Under the pieces are notes generated by a model. The model did no database searches. It saw only the letters and a program-made list of their open reading frames with translations, and was not told the DNA's origin. The translations under genes and the position numbers were made by a program. Below, piece by piece: positions 19,495-28,515 of a stretch of 64,000 nt of DNA (position 1 is the stretch's first letter; every line of letters starts with the position of its first letter). Location: contig CABXVU010000004.1 in the NCBI GenBank assembly GCA_902515775.1, forward strand, positions 2,746-66,745, given 5' to 3'. The stretch is from an uncultured SAR86 cluster bacterium. GTDB lineage: Bacteria > Pseudomonadota > Gammaproteobacteria > Magnimaribacterales > D2472.

Positions 19495-19854
19495 TTAGAT
19501 CCATTGATCATTTTCGACTGTGAAGTCATTCGTAATATCTCCAGTATTTGTTACTCCTTTGGGTTCAATGAGCATAATTTTTGCTTCTTCGTCAGCAAAG
19601 GGTTTGTGTGTTTTTCCTTTTGGAATAACAATCATCTCTCCTGCAGCTAATTCAACGATTTCGTCTTCAAACTCAATGCCCATTTTACCCTCAATAACAA
19701 AAAAAGTTTCATCTGTATCCTCGTGTTTATGCCAAGTAAAATGATTTTCTATTTTTACAAGCTTAAATTGATAATCGTTCATCTCTACAATGATTTTGGG
19801 AGACCAATGATCGCTAAACTGCTCAAATTTGTCTTGCAGGTTAATCTTTTTCAT
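19495..19854 (-). CDS. Cupin domain protein
   Basis: 119 aa with HKHEDTDETFFVIEG and IPKGKTHKP cupin motifs. Confidence 0.65.
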   Translation of the reverse strand: MKKINLQDKFEQFSDHWSPKIIVEMNDYQFKLVKIENHFTWHKHEDTDETFFVIEGKMGIEFEDEIVELAAGEMIVIPKGKTHKPFADEEAKIMLIEPKGVTNTGDITNDFTVENDQWI

Positions 19855-19924
19855 ATTTCCTCTATAAGCTTACTTATGCTGATATTTTAGATTATTATTA
19901 ATTTAACATCATAAAAAGTTAAAA

Positions 19925-21028
19925 ATGGGCAAAAAAAGATTCTTTGATGATCGATTAAAGTATTTATCGTTTATTCAGAATACAGGAGAGAAAAAAGCAA
20001 TTTCTGAGAAAGTTTATTCACATATTGCGAGCTTATCTGATAACAAATCATATTTAAGAATTTTAGATGCTGGGACAGGTGATGGGACAATCTTCTCTAA
20101 TATTATTAAAAGCTTTCATAAATATCATCCTTACTCTTCCCTATTAATCACTGGAAAAGAAATCAGTTATGAAGATTTAAAAAATACTCTTGAAAAAATG
20201 CCAGATAGATTTGTTGAGCACCCAAACCTATTAATAACAATGACTAACGTAAAATTTGCTGAACTAGGATTAATTGAGAATTCAAATAAAATTAAAGATA
20301 AAAGAATTAAAGAATTTAATTTAATCCTTAAAAGCAACAACTCGTTTGACTTTAATTCTCAAATAACTGGAAATCTTTTAGGAAATTTTGTGAAGAAGAA
20401 TTGGGGAATAGAAATTGATAAAAAAGATCGAACTTCATACTCGTCTCCGTGCATTATTCGAGTTTATAGAGAAGACAATGAAAAGCAGTTAAAGAAGTTT
20501 TTGAAAAATAATTACAAAAACAATAACTATGATTTGATACTAGCATCCCAGGCATACAGAGCAGCATCATCTGTAAACGTTAAAGTTAAAAATGTTATTG
20601 GGCCCTTGATGAGGTTATTGAATAAATCAGGAAAGCTTTTAATAACTCATTCAGTTGGGGGAGACACTGTTCAAAATGTCTTAAAGTTAGCGTTTAAAGA
20701 TAAAGAAGCTTTTCCAAATAAAGCAAAAGATATAATTGGGTATTTAAAAGATAACCCATTTGGAGTAAATAATATTTATAAGTTTTCTAAACCTCAAAAT
20801 TATTATTTCACTTTCAAAAGAGCGCCCGATAAAACAGTTACAGAATTATTCGGCCATAACACAGATGCTAAATGGGCAAATATGTTATATGTTGGTCAAA
20901 TAGCGGAAAAAGATATTCAAGCATTGGAAAAAAACGCAGCGCTTAAAAGAAAGATCAAAGGAGTCATAGATAAATCAAAAGACATTCAATTTCAAAATGA
21001 AATATTTAGTATTACAAAGTTAAGATGA
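19925..21028 (+). CDS. Putative SAM-dependent methyltransferase with a large insertion
   Basis: 367 aa with motif-I-like ILDAGTGDGT, then DLILASQAYR and GKLLITH. Weak call. Confidence 0.4.
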   Translation: MGKKRFFDDRLKYLSFIQNTGEKKAISEKVYSHIASLSDNKSYLRILDAGTGDGTIFSNIIKSFHKYHPYSSLLITGKEISYEDLKNTLEKMPDRFVEHPNLLITMTNVKFAELGLIENSNKIKDKRIKEFNLILKSNNSFDFNSQITGNLLGNFVKKNWGIEIDKKDRTSYSSPCIIRVYREDNEKQLKKFLKNNYKNNNYDLILASQAYRAASSVNVKVKNVIGPLMRLLNKSGKLLITHSVGGDTVQNVLKLAFKDKEAFPNKAKDIIGYLKDNPFGVNNIYKFSKPQNYYFTFKRAPDKTVTELFGHNTDAKWANMLYVGQIAEKDIQALEKNAALKRKIKGVIDKSKDIQFQNEIFSITKLR

Positions 21029-21067
21029 TCTCACTTTTAAAATATATGTTAAATTGATTTACGCGTT

Positions 21068-21502
21068 ATGAAAATTATATTGTTAATACTTTTTATTTTT
21101 TCTTCTTTTTCTTATGGGCATGGTGCTAACAAGGGTGACTTAATGGGAACCTGGAGACTGGTTGAATATGCAGTAGATGAAAAATATCAAGATGTGCCAA
21201 ACCCTACTCCGATAAAGATGTACATGAATGGAGAATTTGTAATTATTTTTTATTTAGAAAATAAAATGAACTTTAATAAGGGCAGATATGTCATTAAAGA
21301 TGGGAAAGTAACCGAAACGATTTTATCAAGTAGTACTGAATCACTTGAAGGCGAAGTAATCTCTTTTAAACCAAACTTTATGGGCGATAAAAACTCATTC
21401 AAAATAAATATTGATTTTGGAGATTATCAAACCTTTGAAAGATGGGAAAAAACCTACTGCGATGTTGTGGAGTGTGCAAAAATTAGAACTAGAAATAACT
21501 AG
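21068..21502 (+). CDS. Secreted hypothetical protein (lipocalin-like size)
   Basis: 144 aa with a signal peptide (IILLILFIFSSFSYG). Confidence 0.5.
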   Translation: MKIILLILFIFSSFSYGHGANKGDLMGTWRLVEYAVDEKYQDVPNPTPIKMYMNGEFVIIFYLENKMNFNKGRYVIKDGKVTETILSSSTESLEGEVISFKPNFMGDKNSFKINIDFGDYQTFERWEKTYCDVVECAKIRTRNN

Positions 21503-21528
21503 AATTTTTTAGCGCTTACATTTTTAAA

Positions 21529-22449
21529 TTAAAAGTCTAGTGCATCAACAATTTTCCTAATTTCTTTTATGTGAGAAGTTGTTGTTCTGCAACAGCCGCC
21601 TATCACCGAAGCTCCTTTAGTAATCCATTCGGAAACAAACTCTCTATACTCTAAATGATTGATATGTTGATGATTGTGATAATGCCATTCTTCAGAGTCA
21701 GTAACAAAACCCTCTAACTTATTTTTTTTATATATAGAGGAGTTTGCATATATACCAAAACTTTTTTCTTTTTTAAGTTTATCGATTGCCATGCTCGCAG
21801 TATCTGCGTGTACACAATTTACTAGTTGACAATCGACATTTAATTTTAGCCCTTCATCAATTGCAAGATCTAATAACTCTGTGCTTGGGAGTCTGTTAAG
21901 TTTATTTCCCCTTGTTGTCCAACTTAACCAAACTCGGTCTGAAAAATTTTTAGCAGTTGATGCTGCAATAGTGCCCTCATAAATTGATGCCATTGTTTCA
22001 CAGATAATTAAATCTACATCATCTTTGTAAATTTCGCCTAAGGTTGCATAAAACTTTTTTAATTTTTTTTCTTTTGCACTTAAATCAGGCCTAAAGGTTA
22101 TGTGGATTGGTGGAAAGCAACCAGCGATCTTTGTATTTGCTCCAGTTTCAATAACAGCTTCTTTGCATAATTCAAGTGATTTTTTTGCAAGATCTTCATA
22201 TGAAGGAGCCTTTGGCTCTCTAATAAGTAATTCTGGGGTGGCCTGATAATTTGATGTGGTAATTACATCAGCTCCCGCTTCAATGTTATCAACATGTATT
22301 TGTTTAATAACTTCTGGCTTATGTATTAAACAATGTGCTGACCAAATAGAAGTTTTAAAACTTGGGAGGTATTCGCCTCTATTTTCAAGCTCAGTGCCCA
22401 AGGCTGAATCAAGTATTAATGGTTTTTTAATTTTCATTTTTAAAGACAT
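21529..22449 (-). CDS. Homocysteine S-methyltransferase (MmuM/BHMT-like)
   Basis: 306 aa with a Pfam-S-methyl_trans-like layout, the C-terminal zinc ligand motif GGCCRTT, and an AGGAGG RBS. Confidence 0.8.
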   Translation of the reverse strand: MSLKMKIKKPLILDSALGTELENRGEYLPSFKTSIWSAHCLIHKPEVIKQIHVDNIEAGADVITTSNYQATPELLIREPKAPSYEDLAKKSLELCKEAVIETGANTKIAGCFPPIHITFRPDLSAKEKKLKKFYATLGEIYKDDVDLIICETMASIYEGTIAASTAKNFSDRVWLSWTTRGNKLNRLPSTELLDLAIDEGLKLNVDCQLVNCVHADTASMAIDKLKKEKSFGIYANSSIYKKNKLEGFVTDSEEWHYHNHQHINHLEYREFVSEWITKGASVIGGCCRTTTSHIKEIRKIVDALDF

Positions 22450-22533
22450 TCACACCTCCTTTATTTGCTGAACGCCATATCTTTTTTCCACCTTGCCGGA
22501 GTTGGCAGGTTGGAGAGGAAATAAATCCTTCTC
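22450..22533 (-). promoter_or_regulatory. Structured GC-rich 5' leader of the homocysteine methyltransferase gene (candidate riboswitch-like element)
   Basis: Two adjacent hairpins: 22513-22533 (gagagga/tccttctc) and 22488-22513 (ccaccttgcc/ggcaggttgg). A CCUCU-containing strand could alternatively pair with the AGGAGG SD at 22455-22460. Confidence 0.3.
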
Positions 22534-22575
22534 ATGATATATAGTCCGAATTTTATCAAAAATTTAAAGAATTTG

Positions 22576-22607
22576 ATCTTAAAACAATAATTGTTAAGAT
22601 TTTTTTT
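22576..22607. terminator. Hairpin plus T7 tract (terminator-like; orientation ambiguous)
   Basis: atcttaaaacaataattgttaagat forms 7+3 bp with a 2-nt bulge, followed by ttttttt on the plus strand. It lies just downstream of the minus-strand sulfotransferase stop. Confidence 0.4.
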
Positions 22608-22610
22608 ACG

Positions 22611-24566
22611 CTAAGGAAAATGTTTCATTAAGATTTCTAGATGATCAGCATAATTCTTCCAATAATTTAAACCGGACTTGTAGATTGGCTGCCTTACTTG
22701 TTCAGAACTTGCAGTTTTTACTGGGCGTTTTGATTTATGAAAATTTAAACAATTGTCTTCGAACTTCACATTACAAAATTCTAATAGAGCTGCAATCCTT
22801 TTATTAGGATTTTTGATGACATCCTCATAATTGATTGTAAAAATCTCTCCTGGAAAAAGCTTTTTCCAATAATCCATTAACCTAATATAGTCTTTGTAAT
22901 ATCTCGCAATATCATCTAGGTCATAGGTAAAGTGTTGTCCTTTAGCAAAATATTGTTTAAAGCAGCTAAAACAAGCATCCATTGGATTTCTTCTTGCATC
23001 TATTATTTTAGCCTCAGGCAAAATTAATTTTATAAGGCCAATGTGTACAAAATTATTTGGCATTTTATCAATAAAAAATGGTTTAGAAGATCTAGCCCAT
23101 TTTGTTTCATCAATATATTTTTCTCCTAGCTCTTCAAATGAAGATTGGTCAAGTGCTAATAAGTTATTTGGATACCCATTTTCTTGATCAATTAACTTTA
23201 TATCTCTAGAAATTGCCAAAATATTCGGTAATTCTTGTGTGCCCTCTATTAAAGAATGAGATGCGAGGATCTGCTCGATCATTGTTGATCCTGATCTGGG
23301 TAAACCCAAAATAAAAATTGGATCTTCAAAACTTGATTTAGCTTTTAATTTGTAAAGATCATGATTTTTTTCAAAAAAATCTATTAACTCATCGATGGAG
23401 ATTTTATAGTCTTCAGCGTTATAACTTATCTGCTTTCTCTGCAACCAATTCCCTTGAGCATAATGTTTAAATGACCTATCAAAATGTTTTTTTGACTCAT
23501 AAGCTTTTCCAAGAGCAAAGTGCATCTGAATTAGCTCTTTTGGATGTATATTTTTGTTAAGGGATGATTCCATGCTAATGATTTCTTTGTCTGAAAATTC
23601 ATAAGTCTTTAGATTGGCTAAGCTCCAATATGCTTCACCAGATAATGGAAAATGCTTTATTGCATTTTGATATGCATCCTCACATCTTTTTCTTTCTCCA
23701 ACTGTTTTCAAAGCGTGGCCAAGACTAAGAAAAACTCGAGGATTTTCAGGATTAATTTTTAATGACTTATCATATAATTTAATACCTTCGTGATATTTAG
23801 ATAACTTGATATAAACAGTTCCTAAGGATACCAATGCTTCAAAATTATTTGGATCCAACTTAATGAGATTCTTAAATGCTGGGATAGACTTTGAAAGTTT
23901 ATTTTGAATCCTATAAAGTTTTGCTAGATTATCCCAAGCTAATGAAAAAGTTGGATCTAATTCAAGGACTCTTAAAAAAAGTCTCTCAGATACCTCATAA
24001 TCTTTTGTTTTAAATGCAAGCAGTCCTAATAACCTTAAAGCATCGATATTATTCTTATCTTTTTTAAGAACTCGTTTATATGAATCTTCAGCAAGCTTTA
24101 ATCTACCAGCTTTAACATGTCTGATTCCCTTGTATAAATCGCTGTATGTTTTATTTGATTCAAAAAAACTCTGAATCACTTGATCAGATTCCTCTTCCCT
24201 ATCATTTTCAATATGTATATTTGAAATTAAACGAGCGGTTGTAATGGATGGAAATTTTTTATGAAAATCAATTAATGCAGACTCGTATGCGCTATTGTCA
24301 TTAAGAAATTGATGAATTTTTACTAATTTTTCATGATGCTCCTTGCTATCAGGTTCAAGTTGAATAAGTTTTTTGATAATTTTTAAGGCTTTCTCAGCTC
24401 TATTTAATTTAATATTGATCTCTAAAAGTAAAGACAAGGCTTTAAGGTTAGAAGGATGGATATTTAAAATTTCTTCAAGTTGTTCTATAGATTCATTTAA
24501 ATTATTATTGTTAAATAAATCACTAGCGTTATCTAATGCAATCTTAAGGTTGGTATTCTCTGACAT
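22611..24566 (-). CDS. TPR-repeat protein with C-terminal sulfotransferase domain
   Basis: 651 aa with several TPR units in the N-terminal 400 aa, then the PAPS-binding loop GLPRSGSTM and a sulfotransferase-like C-terminus. Confidence 0.75.
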   Translation of the reverse strand: MSENTNLKIALDNASDLFNNNNLNESIEQLEEILNIHPSNLKALSLLLEINIKLNRAEKALKIIKKLIQLEPDSKEHHEKLVKIHQFLNDNSAYESALIDFHKKFPSITTARLISNIHIENDREEESDQVIQSFFESNKTYSDLYKGIRHVKAGRLKLAEDSYKRVLKKDKNNIDALRLLGLLAFKTKDYEVSERLFLRVLELDPTFSLAWDNLAKLYRIQNKLSKSIPAFKNLIKLDPNNFEALVSLGTVYIKLSKYHEGIKLYDKSLKINPENPRVFLSLGHALKTVGERKRCEDAYQNAIKHFPLSGEAYWSLANLKTYEFSDKEIISMESSLNKNIHPKELIQMHFALGKAYESKKHFDRSFKHYAQGNWLQRKQISYNAEDYKISIDELIDFFEKNHDLYKLKAKSSFEDPIFILGLPRSGSTMIEQILASHSLIEGTQELPNILAISRDIKLIDQENGYPNNLLALDQSSFEELGEKYIDETKWARSSKPFFIDKMPNNFVHIGLIKLILPEAKIIDARRNPMDACFSCFKQYFAKGQHFTYDLDDIARYYKDYIRLMDYWKKLFPGEIFTINYEDVIKNPNKRIAALLEFCNVKFEDNCLNFHKSKRPVKTASSEQVRQPIYKSGLNYWKNYADHLEILMKHFP

Positions 24567-26048
24567 ATGTTTATAAGAATAAGTGCAGAATGGAATAAAA
24601 CTATTATCTCACTTGCGATTGTACTATCTTTGCTCTTATCAATATATGTGTTGTCTGATCCTGTTGGAAGTTCAAAGCTACTTTTCAAACTATATGACTC
24701 TTTGACAATTTTTTTTGAACCAACCTATATGTATGGAAGTTTTTCGGTATTAATTTTTCTAATGTTTATTGCGCTATCAAAATATGGTGATATAAAAATT
24801 TCTTTACAAAATAAGGAAGCGCATTCATTTTTTTCATGGGGATCAATGCTCTTTGCCGCAGGTATTGGCGCAGCTCTTTTGTACTGGGCAACAATTGAAT
24901 GGATAGATTATTTTAATATATTAAAACTCCAAGACTTAGACATAGATAACGCGTTGTTGTATTCAAGAACGTATCCTATTTTCCATTGGTCATTTACTGC
25001 ATGGGCTATATATTGCTTGCCTGCAATTGCATTTGGGTTGGCAATCACAATAAATCAAAAATCTAAATTAACATTTTCAGGAATATTTAATATCAAAAAT
25101 AAATTCTTGGAGGTTTTATTTGATTCATTGTTCATTGGAGCAATACTTTGTGGAGCAGGAGTTGGACTTGGCTTATCTTTCCCGTTAATTTCTTCGATCT
25201 TATCAAATCTCTTTAATATTGAAAAAACTTTTAATCTAGATATTTTTACAATAGCTGTTTGTCTGTCAATATTTGCAACCAGTGCATATCTTGGAATTCA
25301 AAAAGGAATAAGGAGGCTCAGCAATTTTAATATTATTTTAGTTTTATTATTTTTAGTCTTAATTTTTATTCTGGGGCCAACGCAATATATTTTTTCTAAA
25401 TCAATCGAAAGTTACTTGTTCTTATTTAAACAATATCCTGAATTCAGTTTTGCGACTGGAACAGAAATCAGTAAGGATTGGTCTGTTTTTTATTGGGCTT
25501 GGTGGATGGCATTAGCCCCCATGGTCGGCGCCTTCATTGTTAATATATCTAATGGCAAGTCATTGAGATCTATTATTCTAGGAGTAATATTTATTGGCAG
25601 TGTTGGTTGCATGATAAGCATGTCTGTATTATCAAATTTATCGATCTATCTATTTGAATCAGGACTTTTGAATTCGCCCATGCTTTTAGAAGGCGGGATG
25701 CTAAATAGAGAGCAAATAATAATTAAAACTTTATCGACTTTGAGTTTTAGTAAATATCTTTTAATTGGCTTTGGAATAATTTGTATTATCTTTTTATGCA
25801 CAACCTATGACTCTACCTCATACATTCTAGCTTCAGCATCTATGAAAAGTTCAAATATTGAGAGCTCAGGTAATTTAAGGTTGATATTTGCGATTTTACT
25901 TGTTATCCAACCCGCCCTATTGATGTTTCTTGGAGGAGTTGATTCATTTAAGTGGATAATGGTTATATTCTCAGTTCCGTTATTGTTTGTATATCTATTG
26001 CTGATGATTTCTATAGTTAAAAATATTATTGCGATTAAAAAAGCATAG
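24567..26048 (+). CDS. BCCT family (betaine/carnitine/choline) transporter
   Basis: 493 aa with about 12 TM helices and the BCCT signature WSVFYWAWWMALAPMVGAFIV. Confidence 0.8.
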   Translation: MFIRISAEWNKTIISLAIVLSLLLSIYVLSDPVGSSKLLFKLYDSLTIFFEPTYMYGSFSVLIFLMFIALSKYGDIKISLQNKEAHSFFSWGSMLFAAGIGAALLYWATIEWIDYFNILKLQDLDIDNALLYSRTYPIFHWSFTAWAIYCLPAIAFGLAITINQKSKLTFSGIFNIKNKFLEVLFDSLFIGAILCGAGVGLGLSFPLISSILSNLFNIEKTFNLDIFTIAVCLSIFATSAYLGIQKGIRRLSNFNIILVLLFLVLIFILGPTQYIFSKSIESYLFLFKQYPEFSFATGTEISKDWSVFYWAWWMALAPMVGAFIVNISNGKSLRSIILGVIFIGSVGCMISMSVLSNLSIYLFESGLLNSPMLLEGGMLNREQIIIKTLSTLSFSKYLLIGFGIICIIFLCTTYDSTSYILASASMKSSNIESSGNLRLIFAILLVIQPALLMFLGGVDSFKWIMVIFSVPLLFVYLLLMISIVKNIIAIKKA

Positions 26049-26092
26049 AGCCATCATCTTTCAATAAAGGCTTGTGATTTAACGAATTATAT

Positions 26093-28423
26093 CTAGTATC
26101 TATACTTGAATCTTAAACCAATAACTCTTGGTCTATTTTGAGTCCGTCTAATATCTCCAAAATCGTCATACCTTGATAGATATCCATTTTCATCAGTAAG
26201 ATTGCTAATAAATACTTCCATAGACCTATTATTTGATTCAACACCAACTCTCATATTGGCTATAGCATATGAAGGTAATTTGAGTTCATTTGCCTGACTG
26301 GTGTATCTATCACCAGTATATGAGTAATCAACGGACACATATCCGGGCATACCAAAAATACTTAACACCTTATCTAATCCTAAAACATAAGAGAGCTCGG
26401 GAACGTATGCAAGTCTATTTCCTGAATTAGCCTGGAGAACTCCAGAGACATCATAGTAATCCTCTGATAAAGAGGGATCGTTAGAAACGACATAGCCTGA
26501 CAAAGTTAATGAGTCGTTAGGTTTGTAGGTAGCATCAAGTTCAAGACCATTAATTTCTGCATTACCCACATTATCAACAAAAGCTACTGTTGAATAAGCC
26601 AAATTGTATGTAGTAGATTGAAAATCACTCCAATCCATCATGAAGTATGCCCCATTTAGAATAAGTTTTCCGTCTGCAAGGGTTGACTTGAATCCGAGCT
26701 CAAGACTTTCCAAATAGTCAGAGTCATATGTTTCAGGAATAAAAGCAGTTTGAGCAGGCCTGACCCTATTAATACCGCTGGCCCTAAAACCCTCTGAATA
26801 GGTTCCATACAACATCACATCATCATTTAAGTTGTGAGCTATATTCACTTTTGGTACAACTCCTGAATCACTAGAATTAAATACTTTGTCTACTCCATCA
26901 AATACACCAAAGTAGCCATCTTTTGCGTTTACCATAGTGTCCTGATCATATGATCTAAAACCTAAGGTTAACTTGGTTTTATCATTAAGGTTGAAGCGAC
27001 CCTCTCCAAAAAAGGCCTCTGTATCCTCCTCTCTTGTGTTATCTAGATTCCACCACTGGCCATTGGGAACATTCCATGACAAATTACCTGGATTTGATCC
27101 AGGCCATAGGTAAGCAATTTCATAGTCTCTATTAGAAGATTCGCTGAATGCTCCAAGGATCCACTGAAAGCCTGAATCGCCTTTTGATTGAATTCTTACT
27201 TCGTAAGAATCTCTTTCATGATTATCGATTTGCGTGTATGACATTCTTGGATCCTGACAACCTGAGATATTGTAATAATAATAGTAGTCATAATAGTCAC
27301 AGGTATAGGTGGGACCATCATAGTTATAGTATTCTACATATTCTGAATAGTCATAAGTGTATTCAACATCCCTTTCAAAAGAAGAAGCAGTAAATATATA
27401 TTCAACGTTATCGTTTAAATCACCGCTCAATGATAATGAAATTTGACTAAAATCATCATCAAAATACTCTTCATTAAATCGAGAATTTGATCTCGGACCG
27501 ACAGCTTCATCAGTCTCCCAAGATCCACCAAATTCAGAAGTTTGATCAAGCATAGAAAGATCAAGGTTTTGCCCCATGATTTCTGAGGATAATCTAATTC
27601 TATATCCACTTTTATCAAGCTCATTGTAATCATCTTCTGCAAATCCGCTGTTATCAATTGTATAGCCGCTATTTGTAAAAGTTTTGGTTGAAAGTTCGTT
27701 ATCAATCCAACCTCCATCTTGAAGATCATATGCGCTGACTCTTACAGCGGTATTAGCACCAAGAGGCATGTTTACGTATGCTTCTAACGATTGATCATTT
27801 GATCCATCTTCAATAGATCCATACTCAAGGTCAAAACCATAATCTACAGAAGTAACATCGGGTTTTTTTGTAATAATTTTTATGTTTCCAGAAGTTGAGC
27901 TTGAGCCATATAAAGTTCCTTGTGGCCCACTAAGAATTTCCACTCGCTCAACATCAAAAACATGTAAATCAGGCGTTTGGCCAATTGTGGTTAAAGGCTG
28001 CTCATCTAAATATAAGGCTGTTGTTGAGGCGGCTCCTGAAGGATTTCCAAATCCACCATCTGAGACACCTCTGATATAAAAAGTAGAATTACCTGGCCCG
28101 CCGGCATCCAATGTAACTGCTGGAGATAGACTTGCAATATCATCAAGACCTTTAACATTTTTGAGGTCTAATTCAGCTGCACCTATTGCTTGAACGCTCA
28201 TTGGAACGTCTTGCAGGTTTTCTGACCTTTTGCTCGCTGTTACAACAACTTCCTCTAAGTTCTCCTGAGCAGAAACATTTGATGATTGAGCTACGCCTAG
28301 TCCAAGTGTTAAGGCCCCAAGATACGGCAAAGCAAAATTATTTTCTTTGAATATATCTTTTAATATATGAGTTACTGGATCTACTTTTTTTTCAAAAAGC
28401 GGTTTTAAATAAATAGATGACAT
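26093..28423 (-). CDS. TonB-dependent receptor
   Basis: 776 aa with a signal region, plug domain (EEVVVTASKRSENLQDVPMSVQAI, ILSGPQGTLYGSSS) and a C-terminal barrel ending RFKYRY. Confidence 0.85.
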   Translation of the reverse strand: MSSIYLKPLFEKKVDPVTHILKDIFKENNFALPYLGALTLGLGVAQSSNVSAQENLEEVVVTASKRSENLQDVPMSVQAIGAAELDLKNVKGLDDIASLSPAVTLDAGGPGNSTFYIRGVSDGGFGNPSGAASTTALYLDEQPLTTIGQTPDLHVFDVERVEILSGPQGTLYGSSSTSGNIKIITKKPDVTSVDYGFDLEYGSIEDGSNDQSLEAYVNMPLGANTAVRVSAYDLQDGGWIDNELSTKTFTNSGYTIDNSGFAEDDYNELDKSGYRIRLSSEIMGQNLDLSMLDQTSEFGGSWETDEAVGPRSNSRFNEEYFDDDFSQISLSLSGDLNDNVEYIFTASSFERDVEYTYDYSEYVEYYNYDGPTYTCDYYDYYYYYNISGCQDPRMSYTQIDNHERDSYEVRIQSKGDSGFQWILGAFSESSNRDYEIAYLWPGSNPGNLSWNVPNGQWWNLDNTREEDTEAFFGEGRFNLNDKTKLTLGFRSYDQDTMVNAKDGYFGVFDGVDKVFNSSDSGVVPKVNIAHNLNDDVMLYGTYSEGFRASGINRVRPAQTAFIPETYDSDYLESLELGFKSTLADGKLILNGAYFMMDWSDFQSTTYNLAYSTVAFVDNVGNAEINGLELDATYKPNDSLTLSGYVVSNDPSLSEDYYDVSGVLQANSGNRLAYVPELSYVLGLDKVLSIFGMPGYVSVDYSYTGDRYTSQANELKLPSYAIANMRVGVESNNRSMEVFISNLTDENGYLSRYDDFGDIRRTQNRPRVIGLRFKYRY

Positions 28424-28430
28424 CTTTTCT

Positions 28431-28438
28431 CCCCCCCC
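28431..28438. repeat. C8 (plus strand) = G8 in the TonB-dependent receptor leader
   Basis: cccccccc at 28431-28438. The mRNA reads UUUCGGGGGGGGAGAAAAG-AUG. Confidence 0.9.
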
Positions 28439-28515
28439 GAAAGAATAAATATAGTTATTATTTTATAATGTAATTAGAGCTCAAACACAAGTTTTGGCAT
28501 GTAAAACTCAATTAC

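Noticed and set aside
27270-27300. Tandem DNA repeat (taataataatagtagtcataatagt) in the TonB-dependent receptor
   Set aside because: It is not a clean repeat unit. The periodicity comes from a run of TAT/TAC (Tyr) and GAC/GAT (Asp) codons on the coding strand. It is reported as a protein feature instead.
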